From: Bilabrum cf. latius
Taxonomy: Eukaryota
Assembly (NCBI GenBank): GCA_965178125.1
Contig: OZ237743.1
Coordinates: 558,001 to 622,000 of the forward strand
DNA length: 64,000 bases
Direction: 5' to 3'
Shown here piece by piece: positions 24,449 through 34,726 of the stretch. The translations under genes were made by a program, and so were the position numbers. The number at the start of each line of letters is the position of its first letter. Within the stretch, counting starts at the first letter, position 1. Under the pieces are notes generated by a model, which saw nothing but the letters and a program-made list of their open reading frames with translations, was not told where the DNA came from and did no database searches.

Positions 24449-27400
24449 ATGGGAAATTGCTGCGGGGGCGGAATGAATCCTGAAGATATAAATGGTCCGG
24501 ACAAGCCGAAGGGTGGCGCTGATCGCAATCAAGGGACAGGTGCGCCGAACGACGGAGATAATTCGACACGGGGAAGTGTTGGAAAAGACGGCAAGGAAAA
24601 CAAAACGTCGGGAAAAACCGGCAATGTTTGGACTACTGAGCTCAAGGATGTGTATGACAAGTATGGAGTGGAAAAGTAGATCGGAAGAGGACATTGTGAG
24701 ACGTACAGCTGTGACCGGCTCGGCGTTGCTCCATCTTCTCGGGGCCATCGTTTCGCACGCTATTTGAACTGTTCATCGTACACATTGATCAAATTTTGCA
24801 GATGGAAAGGTATTTAGGGGCTTTGAACGATCAAGCGGCCGGGAGGTGGCCATCAAGGTGCTGAGCCGAGACAGGAGCCGCCCGATCCGTCTGCGTCTTG
24901 AGGTTGAAATTCTGCAAACCATCGGATCGCACCCGGGCATTGTCGAGCTCCTGGACGTCTTTAAATTAAAGCGATACGTTGTGCTGATCCTGGAGCTTGC
25001 ATCTGGTGAGGACGTTCGTCGGTAAACCGGGTTACTGCAGAATCGCTTTCCGCTATCACCTCCCTGCGAACTGTAATTGCTACGTTCAGTGCACCTGGCG
25101 CGCCCATTCATACTTCTTAGGTGGGGAACTTTTCGATTTGCTGGTGGAGCACGGGCCTATGTCGGAGAGGCGGGCAGCTCAGATGACGCAGTCTTTGGCT
25201 TCGGCTCTGCGATACTGCCACGCCCAGGGGATTATTCACCGAGACTTAAAGCCCGAAAATTTGCTGCTTACGTCAAAGCATCCAGACAGAGCCAAAGTAA
25301 AAATTGCGGACTTCGGACTTGCCTGCAAGGTGAGAAACTGGCCGTGGACCCGGACCCGAGCAGATGTGAATCGGCCACGCTGCTTCGATCGGTTGCTTAA
25401 TGTTATTTCTTTCTTGGCTGCAGCGATATGATTCGTCCCAGAGACGGACGGTGTGTGGCACGTGGGCGTATTCTGCGCCAGAGGTGCGCCTGAATCGCTC
25501 AGCACACGGATATGGCCACAAGGTTGACCTGTGGAGCCTTGGCGTGATAACTGTAAGGACAAACAATACATCTTTGGACTAGTCGATAGCATGGGGCTTG
25601 CAGTCTGTCTCGGTTCTGTCACTTGGATCCCTCTCTTGTCGCCTATTTTCCACCGCAGTTCGTCCTCCTATCGGGTGAGTCCTCGCCGGCTTAAAAGCCA
25701 GCCATCAATGCGATTCCCATGATTAAGTGCTCTAACAACCGGAGTTGCGCTCTCGTCATGAGCAATTGCCATCCTCGCGGCCAGAACAACCCCATCGGTA
25801 TTCCGCGCCACTGGCAGCACCCCTCGTGATTTTGTCCACCTTGCCGCCTCTCTCCCGCCTCCGAGTCGCAGCCTACCACCCCTTCGACGTGGAGGGAAAC
25901 GCCACGGACACAGCTCTACAAAAGAATATAAAGAACGCCAAGTTCTCATTCGACGACCCGGTCTGGGACAGGGTGAGCGAAGAGGCTCAGGACCTCATAT
26001 CCAGGCTGCTAGTCGTGGACCCCGCTCATCGCATGGACACGGGGGCCCTCTTGAGGCACTCGTGGATCGTCAGGCACTGTGGGCACGTGCGAGGTACCGC
26101 CCGCAAGAGGACGAGAAACGCCCCAACCCAGCCTGACCCGAGCGGCCGCCGCAGTCCAAGCGCCCCGTACCAGCGGTCGAGACCAGCGGAAGACTCTGCC
26201 CACCAAGGGGGCATGAGGGGCCCCAGCCCGGCCCACAGGCAGGGCGCCACTAGGGGCAGGGGTGGCAGTGGAATTATGCAGCAGCAGCAGCAGCAGCAGC
26301 AGCACCCGAACTTCTTCGGAGATGACAGGGGACCTGGCGCCGGCAGTGCGAATCCTTATGACGCGAATGGTACCAGCAGCGGCGGTGCATTCCGGCCCGG
26401 TCGTGGAGCCGGCTCTGGCCCTGCTGCCGCCGCCACGCACGTGCACGCGCATCCGCTATACCAAGGTAACATGCAGGCTGTGGGTGGGGCTGCTGCCGCC
26501 GCAGGTGACCAGCAGCAGTACCAGTACCAGCAGCAGCACCAGCAGCCCGACAAGCTTCGAGGGCCCAATCGCGGCGGGATCCCTCTCACTGGCCACGGGG
26601 ATCCTGCTGAGGCCGAGGGGTCGCAGATGTACAGAGACACGATGGGAGCCGTGCAGTCCATCGGAGAACTGGGCCTCCAGATCCGGTCTCCGAGCGCTTC
26701 AATGCAGTCGCTGGGTCCCGCCACCGCCCGCACCAACACGCATCTCGGTGCCTCCAACCCCAACCTGGCTGACTAGGAGCGGCAGCAGCAGCAGCAGCGG
26801 CACCAGCTAGGAGACAGAGAGGCACCCCGACCTGCAGGTCGCACGCGCCAACAGCAGCAGCACCAATACCAGCAATAGCACCAGCATCACTTGCAGAGGC
26901 AAGACGACGAGCACGGTGCAACCCCAGTGGCCCATAGCTAGCGCCGGTCCATCCCGCAGGTGCAGGCCTATCCCGTCGGAACCGGGCCGATTCAGGGAAG
27001 GCAAGGGGGCGATCAGAGTGGCGGGGCTGTATCGAACTCCAGCAGTTCTGGCAATGTGTCTGGCAGCGTCGGGGTCGGCACTCACAAACATGCAGCAGCG
27101 CCGGACCACGTCCCCGTTGTGGTCGATAGCATGAGCATGGGCGCGACAGGGGGCCGGGACTCGGCACTCTCCAGGCCTGGTTCCTTCAGATCATCGCAGC
27201 ACAAGCCCAGGAGGGGCAGTGGGAGCCGGCCGCTAACCCCGCAGCTTGTCCCCCCGCCCCAGCGCGGAGCGGACGGGCAATCTAGCCCGAAAGCTGTGGG
27301 GTTACCTGGAGGAGGCGTGCCGGGTGGTCTACCGGGCGCAAGACTAGCGGGGCAATCCGGGCCATTCGGGGGGCTCACTGCGGGAGCAGCTGTGCCACAG

Positions 27401-27730
27401 GGCCAGGGGCCGGGCTTGGGTGGACCTGGACCTGGACTTGGAGCAGGAGCAGGGAATGGTGGGGATGGAGCGGGCGCGGGCGCGGGCGCGGGTGCGGGGG
27501 CGGGTGCAGGTGCTGCGAGCCAGCTCAAGTTCTACTCGGCGGCTGGTGGGGCGGGACAGGCGGCGGCAGGTGGCGTGCGCTCGCGTGTGATTGCTGGGGC
27601 AGGCCGGGGCCGTCGGACCGTGGCTCAGACGAAGCCCATGGCCGGAGGAGCTGAAGGGGAAATGCGGGACGGCGTGGGGCTGGGCAACGCGGGAGGGCAG
27701 CATGATGCTGCAAACGCTGAGCACGCCTGA
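24449..27730 (+). CDS. CAMK-group Ser/Thr protein kinase with N-terminal MGNCC acylation motif and Gln/Gly-rich tail; exons 24449-24695, 24802-25005, 25121-25329, 25424-25552, 25659-25674, 25872-27730
   Basis: Splicing five GT-AG introns rebuilds EK*IGRGHYGKVFRG, VAIK, ELASGGELFD, HRDLKPENLL, DFG, GTWAYSAPE and DLWSLGVITFVLLSAYHPFD. In-frame TAGs at 24677, 26774, 26876, 26939; ends TGA. Confidence 0.93.
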
Positions 27731-27900
27731 CCATTTGCTTCTATTGAACATTGTACAGGTCTTATTTCCAAATGCATTCTGTAGATACCACTCAACTTGC
27801 AACCGAGCGGTTTGTGAATTATAACGTGTAGTGTATCAAAAAATCGGTTTTATCGGCTGGGAAAGTCAACAATTGAATCATATCATCTCGGGGGTACATA

Positions 27901-29709
27901 ATGCGCTCTCAGTTTGCCACACTTGCACTGTGTGCTGCACTTGCGATTGCAGGCCCCCTCTCCAAGCAGGGGTCGGTTGTTCTCGAGTCCTCGGGCCAGC
28001 TGAAGTATGTTGAGGGCCAGCTCGTTGACGGCGCGATTGCTCGCGGAGTGTACACGGACATGGAAGACCGTCCGGTCTCGATGTTTGGAGAGCTTACGAT
28101 CCGGACGTCGAGCATGGGCGGCAAGGCCAACGATTCCGCCCAGGCCAGGGCTGCCGGCCTGCTGGAAGGCCACCTCACCGCAACCAGGATGAAGCAGCAC
28201 TACGACAACTGGAACCAGTGGTTGGTAGCCCAGGGTATCCCCCACGACAACGGAACGATCCCTGCCAAGTTCTACACCTGGTTCGGTCAGCAGAAGTCAT
28301 GGTCGGAGACGCAGGCTCGCGAGAACTTTGGAAAGGACGCCAACTGGACCCTGTCGCATCTCGTCGACCAGCAGTTCGAAGGCCTCATGCTCGGCTACAA
28401 CGCTGAGGCGGATGCCGACAAGCAGATCTCTCCGTTGGACCACTGGATGATCGTGTAGGGCATGGGCGATCTCCTGAACCTCAACACGATCCTGGACGAG
28501 GACCCGCGGCCGGTGTGGGAGCGCTTCGACAACACTGACGACCTACTGTCCTGGATGCGGGCCACGAGCCACTGCTCCGGGTTCGTCAAGGCCAATGGCG
28601 ACCTCAGCTTCCTGGCTTCGGCCCACGTGGCGTGGTTCACCTTCTCCTCCATGCTCAGGATCTTCAAGCACTACGAGCACGACTTCCAGACGGACGCCAT
28701 CAAGGCGCAGGACGTGTCCTACTCGAGCTACCCGGGCCTCCTGTCCTCCCTGGACGACTTCTACATGACTGGAAGCACCAAGATGAGCATGGTGCAGACC
28801 ACCAACAGCTTCATGGTGCCATTCACACCCGACGCCAACTCCGTGCTCGCGTGGCAGCGAGTGCGCATGGCCATGGCAGGCGCGGACAACGGCAAGGAAT
28901 GGTGCCAGATCCTCGGATTCCACCACAGCGGAACCTGTGAGCACTGTACCTCAATGCAATGCAATGCAATGCACCTATTGTGTCCCCCTACTCGAGATGC
29001 GCTCCCCCGACACGCCCCCCCATCCGCTTTCAGGTGCGCCCGTACCCCATCGATTCCATTGGCATGCGCAGACACCAACGCCTACCAGGTGACCGACTAC
29101 AAGCTCTTCACCCCGAGCAAGGGCCTGGCCAACAACACGCTCTGGTACTGTGAGGAGATCCCCGGCGAGATCCACATGGCCGACGTGACCCAGCAGCTTG
29201 AGAGGGGCTACTGGCCCTCCTACAACGTCCCCTACTTCGACGACGTGTACGCCAAGTCGGGGTACAGGTCTGCTCTCGAGTTCTGGACCAAGAAGGCGGG
29301 CAGCGACCCCAGGGCCCTGCAGAACCTCGCCCAGCTGGGCTACCAGACCGCCCCTCGCGCCAACATCTTCCGCAGGGACCAGGGCAAGGTGGACGATGCC
29401 GAGGGCATGAAGTGGATCATGCGCGAGAACCACTACAAGACGGACCCCTACTCCAAGGGCTCTCCCTGGAACGCAATCTGCTCTCGCGGCGACCTGGCGG
29501 GGTCGGCCGACGGTTGCTACGACGGCAAGATCACGACCTTCGACCTGATCGGAGAGCGCAAGGCCTGGGCCGTGAACGGGCCCACCACGAGCCAGCACAC
29601 CCTGGCGCCCTTCTCGTGGACTGGCGAATTCGCTAAGCTGCCTCACGAGGGCATGCCGACGACGTACAACTTCACCTTTGAGCTCACGCAGCCTGACCCC
29701 CAGGTCTGA
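27901..29709 (+). CDS. Phospholipase B-like protein (PLBD1/PLBD2 family, Ntn-hydrolase) with signal peptide; exons 27901-28936 and 29072-29709
   Basis: Signal peptide MRSQFATLALCAALAIA; GDLLNL, HCSGFVK (nucleophile Cys), SMLRIFKHY, SYSSYPGLLSSLDDFY, YWPSYNVPYF, PRANIFRRD, AICSRGDL, GCYDGK. One TAG at 28456. Removing intron 28937-29071 restores SGTYTN. Ends TGA. Confidence 0.92.
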
Positions 29710-30514
29710 GCTATCAGAGCTCTCGCATCGCTTGCTTGGCGGCACCTTCCGAGGAGCTCTGGCTTCAAAAGTTCCTGTCCCATATGTTTGATTCCCGACC
29801 TCCCATGTTTTCTGGAAGGCGCTTCGGCCCCCGGTATTTTGGGATGGCTTCGGTGTGCGGCATCTGGACCAGGACTGCTGTCTGAATGATCTCGAATATG
29901 AGGTTGCTGCACCCTTTCTATATTAATTAAGATGCCTTTTCCAAAACACGCATCCCGGTAGCTAAAACTAGCCGCGCTTGAGGTTGTTGCCCTTCCCTCC
30001 CCAGGCCTCAATCTTCCCCATGCTGCTCGCCAGTCGACGCTAGAGTGCGCACGATCAAACGTTGGTGTCTTTCCGGATTCGCTGACATGCCCGACGGTAC
30101 AGATGCTGTTGCTGGTCACACCTCTTCGCCGGGTCCGACCTCTGGCGTGCCTGCCGCGACCGGACTGAAGACGCAGGGCCGGGCGCGACTTGAGCAGGAA
30201 GCGATCGCTGCCGAATGCATCGAACAGCATCGAAGACTCCGAAAAAATTGCAACGAGACCTCCTGCATCCGCAACATGAATGCCCTACCGGACACTCTAC
30301 GCCGCAGCGGCGTGCGACACTGGATTGAGCACCACCATGTGGCTCTTGCTCCACTGGAGACCTGAGTGGCCTGCTACCAGCCGATTGGAACATGTGTGTT
30401 CTCTCCGCGGGGAGCTTTTTTAATTACACAACGAGCGATACACTTAGATATGAATCCAATAAACTCGAACAAGCAATACGCAGGCGGGTTTCTGGCGATA
30501 GCCAAGCCCTTCGC

Positions 30515-33226
30515 TCACAGCGAGCAAGTGCCCGTCACCGATGCGCCTTCAAATGACATCCCGCTGGGTAGCTGTACGGTTGCAGTTAGCACCTCCTGCT
30601 CCTGCACATTGCACGTCACTCCAGCCTTTGACGACGCAATTCCCTGCTGCTCATCACTAGAATACGCAGCCAGCGGGATCCCACCCACCAGTTGCAGCGG
30701 GATTGCGTGTCCTGCGCTTGGCGGGTCGGCTGCTCGTATCTTGAGAACAAATGGCTTAGGTGCAGGGGCCTGCAGCGGATCTGCCACGGTAATTTGCACA
30801 GCTTTCTCGTTCGTCGCGCCGGTGTTGTTCCACCGAATCAAGTACACTCCAGGGGCGGGCACCTCTGCGATTCCGCTGATGGGGGCGCCGTCGGGCAGAG
30901 GGAAGGCCGAAGCAGACACGGCCTGGCCGACGGGCGCATCTGGCCACACGGTCAGCGCCAGCACGCCGCCGGCGGGGAGGCCTCCGGAGGCCACCAGCGA
31001 GGCAGACACAGCAAGCACCGTGCCGTTGGCGTAGCTCACGGCCCTAATCGCCCCCTGCGTGTCCTGGGCCACCTTGCCGGCATCTTTGGCGCCGGTACCT
31101 GCAATGCGCTGCACCCACGCGAAGCTGGCCGGTGCAGCGCCATTTCGTCTTGCCGATGGCCCGGCGGCGGACCAGTTGCCGTGGCTCAGCTGGGCCTGGA
31201 AGACGGCCCTCTGCACGCGTGCGGGGCTCTGCGGGGTCGAGGACCGCTGCCAGTCCCCCCAGCGGTTGCCGGACTCGATCGCGACCGACTGAGCCTCGCC
31301 AAAGCTAGGCTGTGACGAACCGAGCGACTTTGCTCCTGCGGACCCATCTTGATCGAGCAGAGTGAGGGGCACAAACACTGACCCGTCGTGAGACACCCAC
31401 TGCACATCGGATCCCTCGTAGGTCAGGTTGCCGGTCAGCGGGCCGGAGGGACTGCCCCCCTTGGATGCTAGGCCCACCTGCGGCATGTAGTCATCGCCCT
31501 GTGGGTGTGGCGGGCTCTTGGGCAGCAGGGACTGCTGTGTTAGCGTGGTGACCACGGGGAACTCGTCTGCGCTGGCGGCTTTCCTGGCCCCAGTCCGGTC
31601 CTGCTCATGCCTGTTCTCTAGCCGCAGCCCGTGCACGAGCATCACGGCAGCACCGGGCAGCAAGACGGACATGCGCCGGCTGCGCAGGGCGGTGGATGAC
31701 TCAGCTGATGCACCGAAATCCCCAGACTTCTGGTCGTACGCAGTGACCGCAACGCCAGCGCCAGCGTTGGGGGAAGACCCGTGCAGTATGATCCCACCCG
31801 CCGCCCCGTCGCCGTCCCCGAGACCACCCACGAAGGTTGTTAGTCCCATTTGCTTCACCTTGGAGCACTCCACCTCCCCCGGCACCCGCCATTCAGACGT
31901 GCCGGGGAACCCTCGCCAGTCCAGCACTGGCACGATGGAGCCGCCGTAGGTCACCTCATCGCCGTACTGGAGCGCCTAAAGCACCCCATCCGCCTTGTGC
32001 CAGCTGCGAAGGCCCTCGGAATTGACGCACTCTGCGTTGTACGTGCGGGTGGACCAGCCCCTGTACGACAGCAGCGACTGCTCCGTTCCCGCCACCGTGT
32101 AGTCGCTGGTCCAGAAGTGCCGCGCCACGCCGGAAGTCAGCGGGGGACAGTTGCCCTTGTCCGGCACCAGAGCCGTGGCCATCTACTTCAGGCGAGCAGC
32201 CAGGATGGCCGCCGTGCCGTTTTCGTTCGCCAGCACCACGAGCTCAGGCGCCTCGCCACTGGACAACGAGAGCGCTTGGTCGCTGGATCGGGTGATCTCC
32301 CTGCCCCTGGCGAGGAGGTCCCAGTGCACCTCGGAGTTCCAGTCGCCCGAGGATTGCCATGCCTGGGAACGCATCGACGGCCACTATCCCAGCGTGATGT
32401 ACGACGAAAGGAGGCTTAGCTTGTCCTGGGGAGGCGCGACCGGAGCTCCCATCCCCTGCACAAGAGAGATTAGGCCGAGTAAGTCCCCGGAGAAGCCCGC
32501 GCCGTACGTCCCGGTTTGTACCAGCTGTCCGTGCTGATGGAATGATCGATCGCGCTGGATGCCGCCTGCAGGGTCGCTGCTTACGACGATGCCTTGCCAT
32601 AGAAGCGAGAAAGCCTCGACCACAGCCGACGCGTTGCCGGTGATGCAGCCGCGATTGGCCTAAATGCGGAGCCCCCACTCTCGATTCTGACCGACCCATG
32701 TACCACCGCCTTTTCTCCATGCAGCTCTCTCCATGACCTTCTTGCCGTACGCGATCTCGACGTCAGAAAGCGAGCTCGTGGGTTTGATGAGGAGGTAGGC
32801 CTGCATCAGGTCCATGGGGATGCCAATGTCGTTGAACCACCAGTTCGGGTTCTAGAAGTCGTACTTTGCCCAGAACGCGATTCCGCGATGGATCGTTGCC
32901 AGGATCGCGGAGGAGTTCTGCACGCTCGAGTTGCACTTCGGGCATTCATGGGCCTTCGCCATCGTATCCAGCCTGGTCCAGTGATCTGCTGCCTTCCATA
33001 GGGATCTGTCCTCATCTTTGTAGTCAACATCGGACCATGATCCGTTTGCTTGCATGGATTGGCTCCATTTTAGGCCGATACCGCAAGCCTCTGCGCATTC
33101 GCTGCCACCCAGATACTGTGCGTGCAGCCTCCCCGAAAGCTCCTCTAGCCAGGGGGGAGGGCTGGCGGCAGCAACACTTATAGTGAATACACAAGGGTAA
33201 GCTGCTAGCAAAATCAGTGACAGCAT
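30515..33226 (-). CDS. Secreted polysaccharide lyase family 8 (chondroitin AC / hyaluronate lyase-like), apparently intronless; TAG read as sense
   Basis: Five same-frame minus ORFs joined across TAGs at 32852, 32660, 32384, 32183 and 31976; ends TGA at 30515. Signal peptide; NGSWSDVDY, NWWFNDIGIP, GQN, GIQRDRSFHQHG...GTYG, GREITR, HFWTSDY, ECVNSEG, DWRGFPGT, FVGG. Confidence 0.88.
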
Positions 33227-33244
33227 TGTTTTTTCCAGAATGAG

Positions 33245-33931
33245 ATGATACGCGATGGATCCGCCAGACTAAATCATTTTCTTGTCATTTGGAAGTGCAC
33301 GCAACTTTACGATCAAGTTCACCGGGCTGAGCATGAGCGTCACGCCGAAACGAAGCCGTGGCAACCTGATGCCGGGGATCAGAATAGAGGGAGGTCGCCC
33401 GCCTCTCTTCGGAAGGCATGGGCGAAGACAGCTCTCGCCCTGGAGCCCTGGGACGAGAAGCTGGAGCACACCAACAGGGCCAAGCCAATCGTCGAAGGCG
33501 CGCTCATTCGGATAGAGCGCACGATTGCACGGTCCTCGGAACGTACAGCTGTCAAGGTGCTGGCCAACCAAGTGGTGCAGGTGCTCAGAAACCAGCTGCG
33601 CCAGCAGGAGCAACTGACATGCAGGCAGTGGATGCGTGGTGATGCGGCGGCTGCCTTAGCCGCCACGGCCACGCAGGAGCTGATAGCGGCAACCAATGCG
33701 AACGCCCGACTACAGCGACGGATTTTCAAGCCCCACGGCTTGCTAAAGGATATAGAGAGGCAATGGGCCAAAGGCATGAGCGCGTGCATGCTCGCCTCTC
33801 TGAAGGATCGTGAGACGCAGAGACGGTCATGGAGGAGGAAAGGGTGGGTCTCGACCGGGGAACCCGATGTGGGACTGGACCGCGCCTTGTGCCGGGCACA
33901 CGCTCCGCACCTGTATGCTTTCTCCTTGTGA
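33245..33931 (+). CDS. Hypothetical 228-aa ORF, possibly a gene or mobile-element remnant
   Basis: ATG-to-TGA ORF, basic and helical-looking, no recognised motif; its ATG is under 20 nt from the divergent PL8 start codon, which is suspiciously close. Confidence 0.35.
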   Translation: MIRDGSARLNHFLVIWKCTQLYDQVHRAEHERHAETKPWQPDAGDQNRGRSPASLRKAWAKTALALEPWDEKLEHTNRAKPIVEGALIRIERTIARSSERTAVKVLANQVVQVLRNQLRQQEQLTCRQWMRGDAAAALAATATQELIAATNANARLQRRIFKPHGLLKDIERQWAKGMSACMLASLKDRETQRRSWRRKGWVSTGEPDVGLDRALCRAHAPHLYAFSL

Positions 33932-34726
33932 AGGCAACAGGCTGGGGGCCTGTGGGGGACCACACTGATGGCGAAGAATGGGAACTCGGCGGCATTGGCT
34001 GAGAACGGGGGGCCTTTGGCCTGAAAGGGTCGGGGGTCTTGTAGTCCTTTGTTTTTAGGGCTCCTCTGGATCTAGGTGATCACCCAAACCCCCTCGGGGG
34101 CGACGGTGCATCTGGGTGTTTATGGAATCTTTACCCAACAATGTATTTCTGTATTTCTGTATTTCATTCATGATGAACTGTTTCATCGTGGCCTTCTGAA
34201 CAACAGCAGCTCGACAATTCCTGGATGCCTACACGTCTACAAAACCATTCAAGTATGGCGGCCCAACCCACCACTTCTTCACACGCCGGCGGGCCAAGGT
34301 GTGGCACGACTGCTCCAGCACTGCCACTGCCGCATTGGCGATGTGCAGCGCTCACGGCCATCGGTACAGGAACGCTAGGTTGTCAATTTTGTCCTCTCGT
34401 GTGCCACTGAGCCTCTCCCAGGGTGCTTGTTGATGGCAGGATAGTTGATGAGTCAATGATGACCCAATGGTGTGGTGCGTGTGGCCGGGGTGTTACGTGT
34501 GCGAGGTACTCCGTTGATGGCATCCGAAAGTCTTCTCCAAAATCGGAGTGTACTAGGGATCACCCCTTTTCCTTCTTGGCATACTACCAGATTTTAGGAT
34601 AGCAAGCGAACGAATATTGATTTTCGAGCAGGAGACGGATGTCTTTCGCCGAGTAGCGTACACATAGCCTGAGGCATGAATTCCGATATAATCAGTTGGC
34701 CGAGTGCATTCATCCATTCATCCGCT

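Noticed and set aside
30045-30365. Small plus-strand ORF between the PLB and PL8 genes
   Set aside because: Short, no motif and no independent support; a small gene cannot be excluded.
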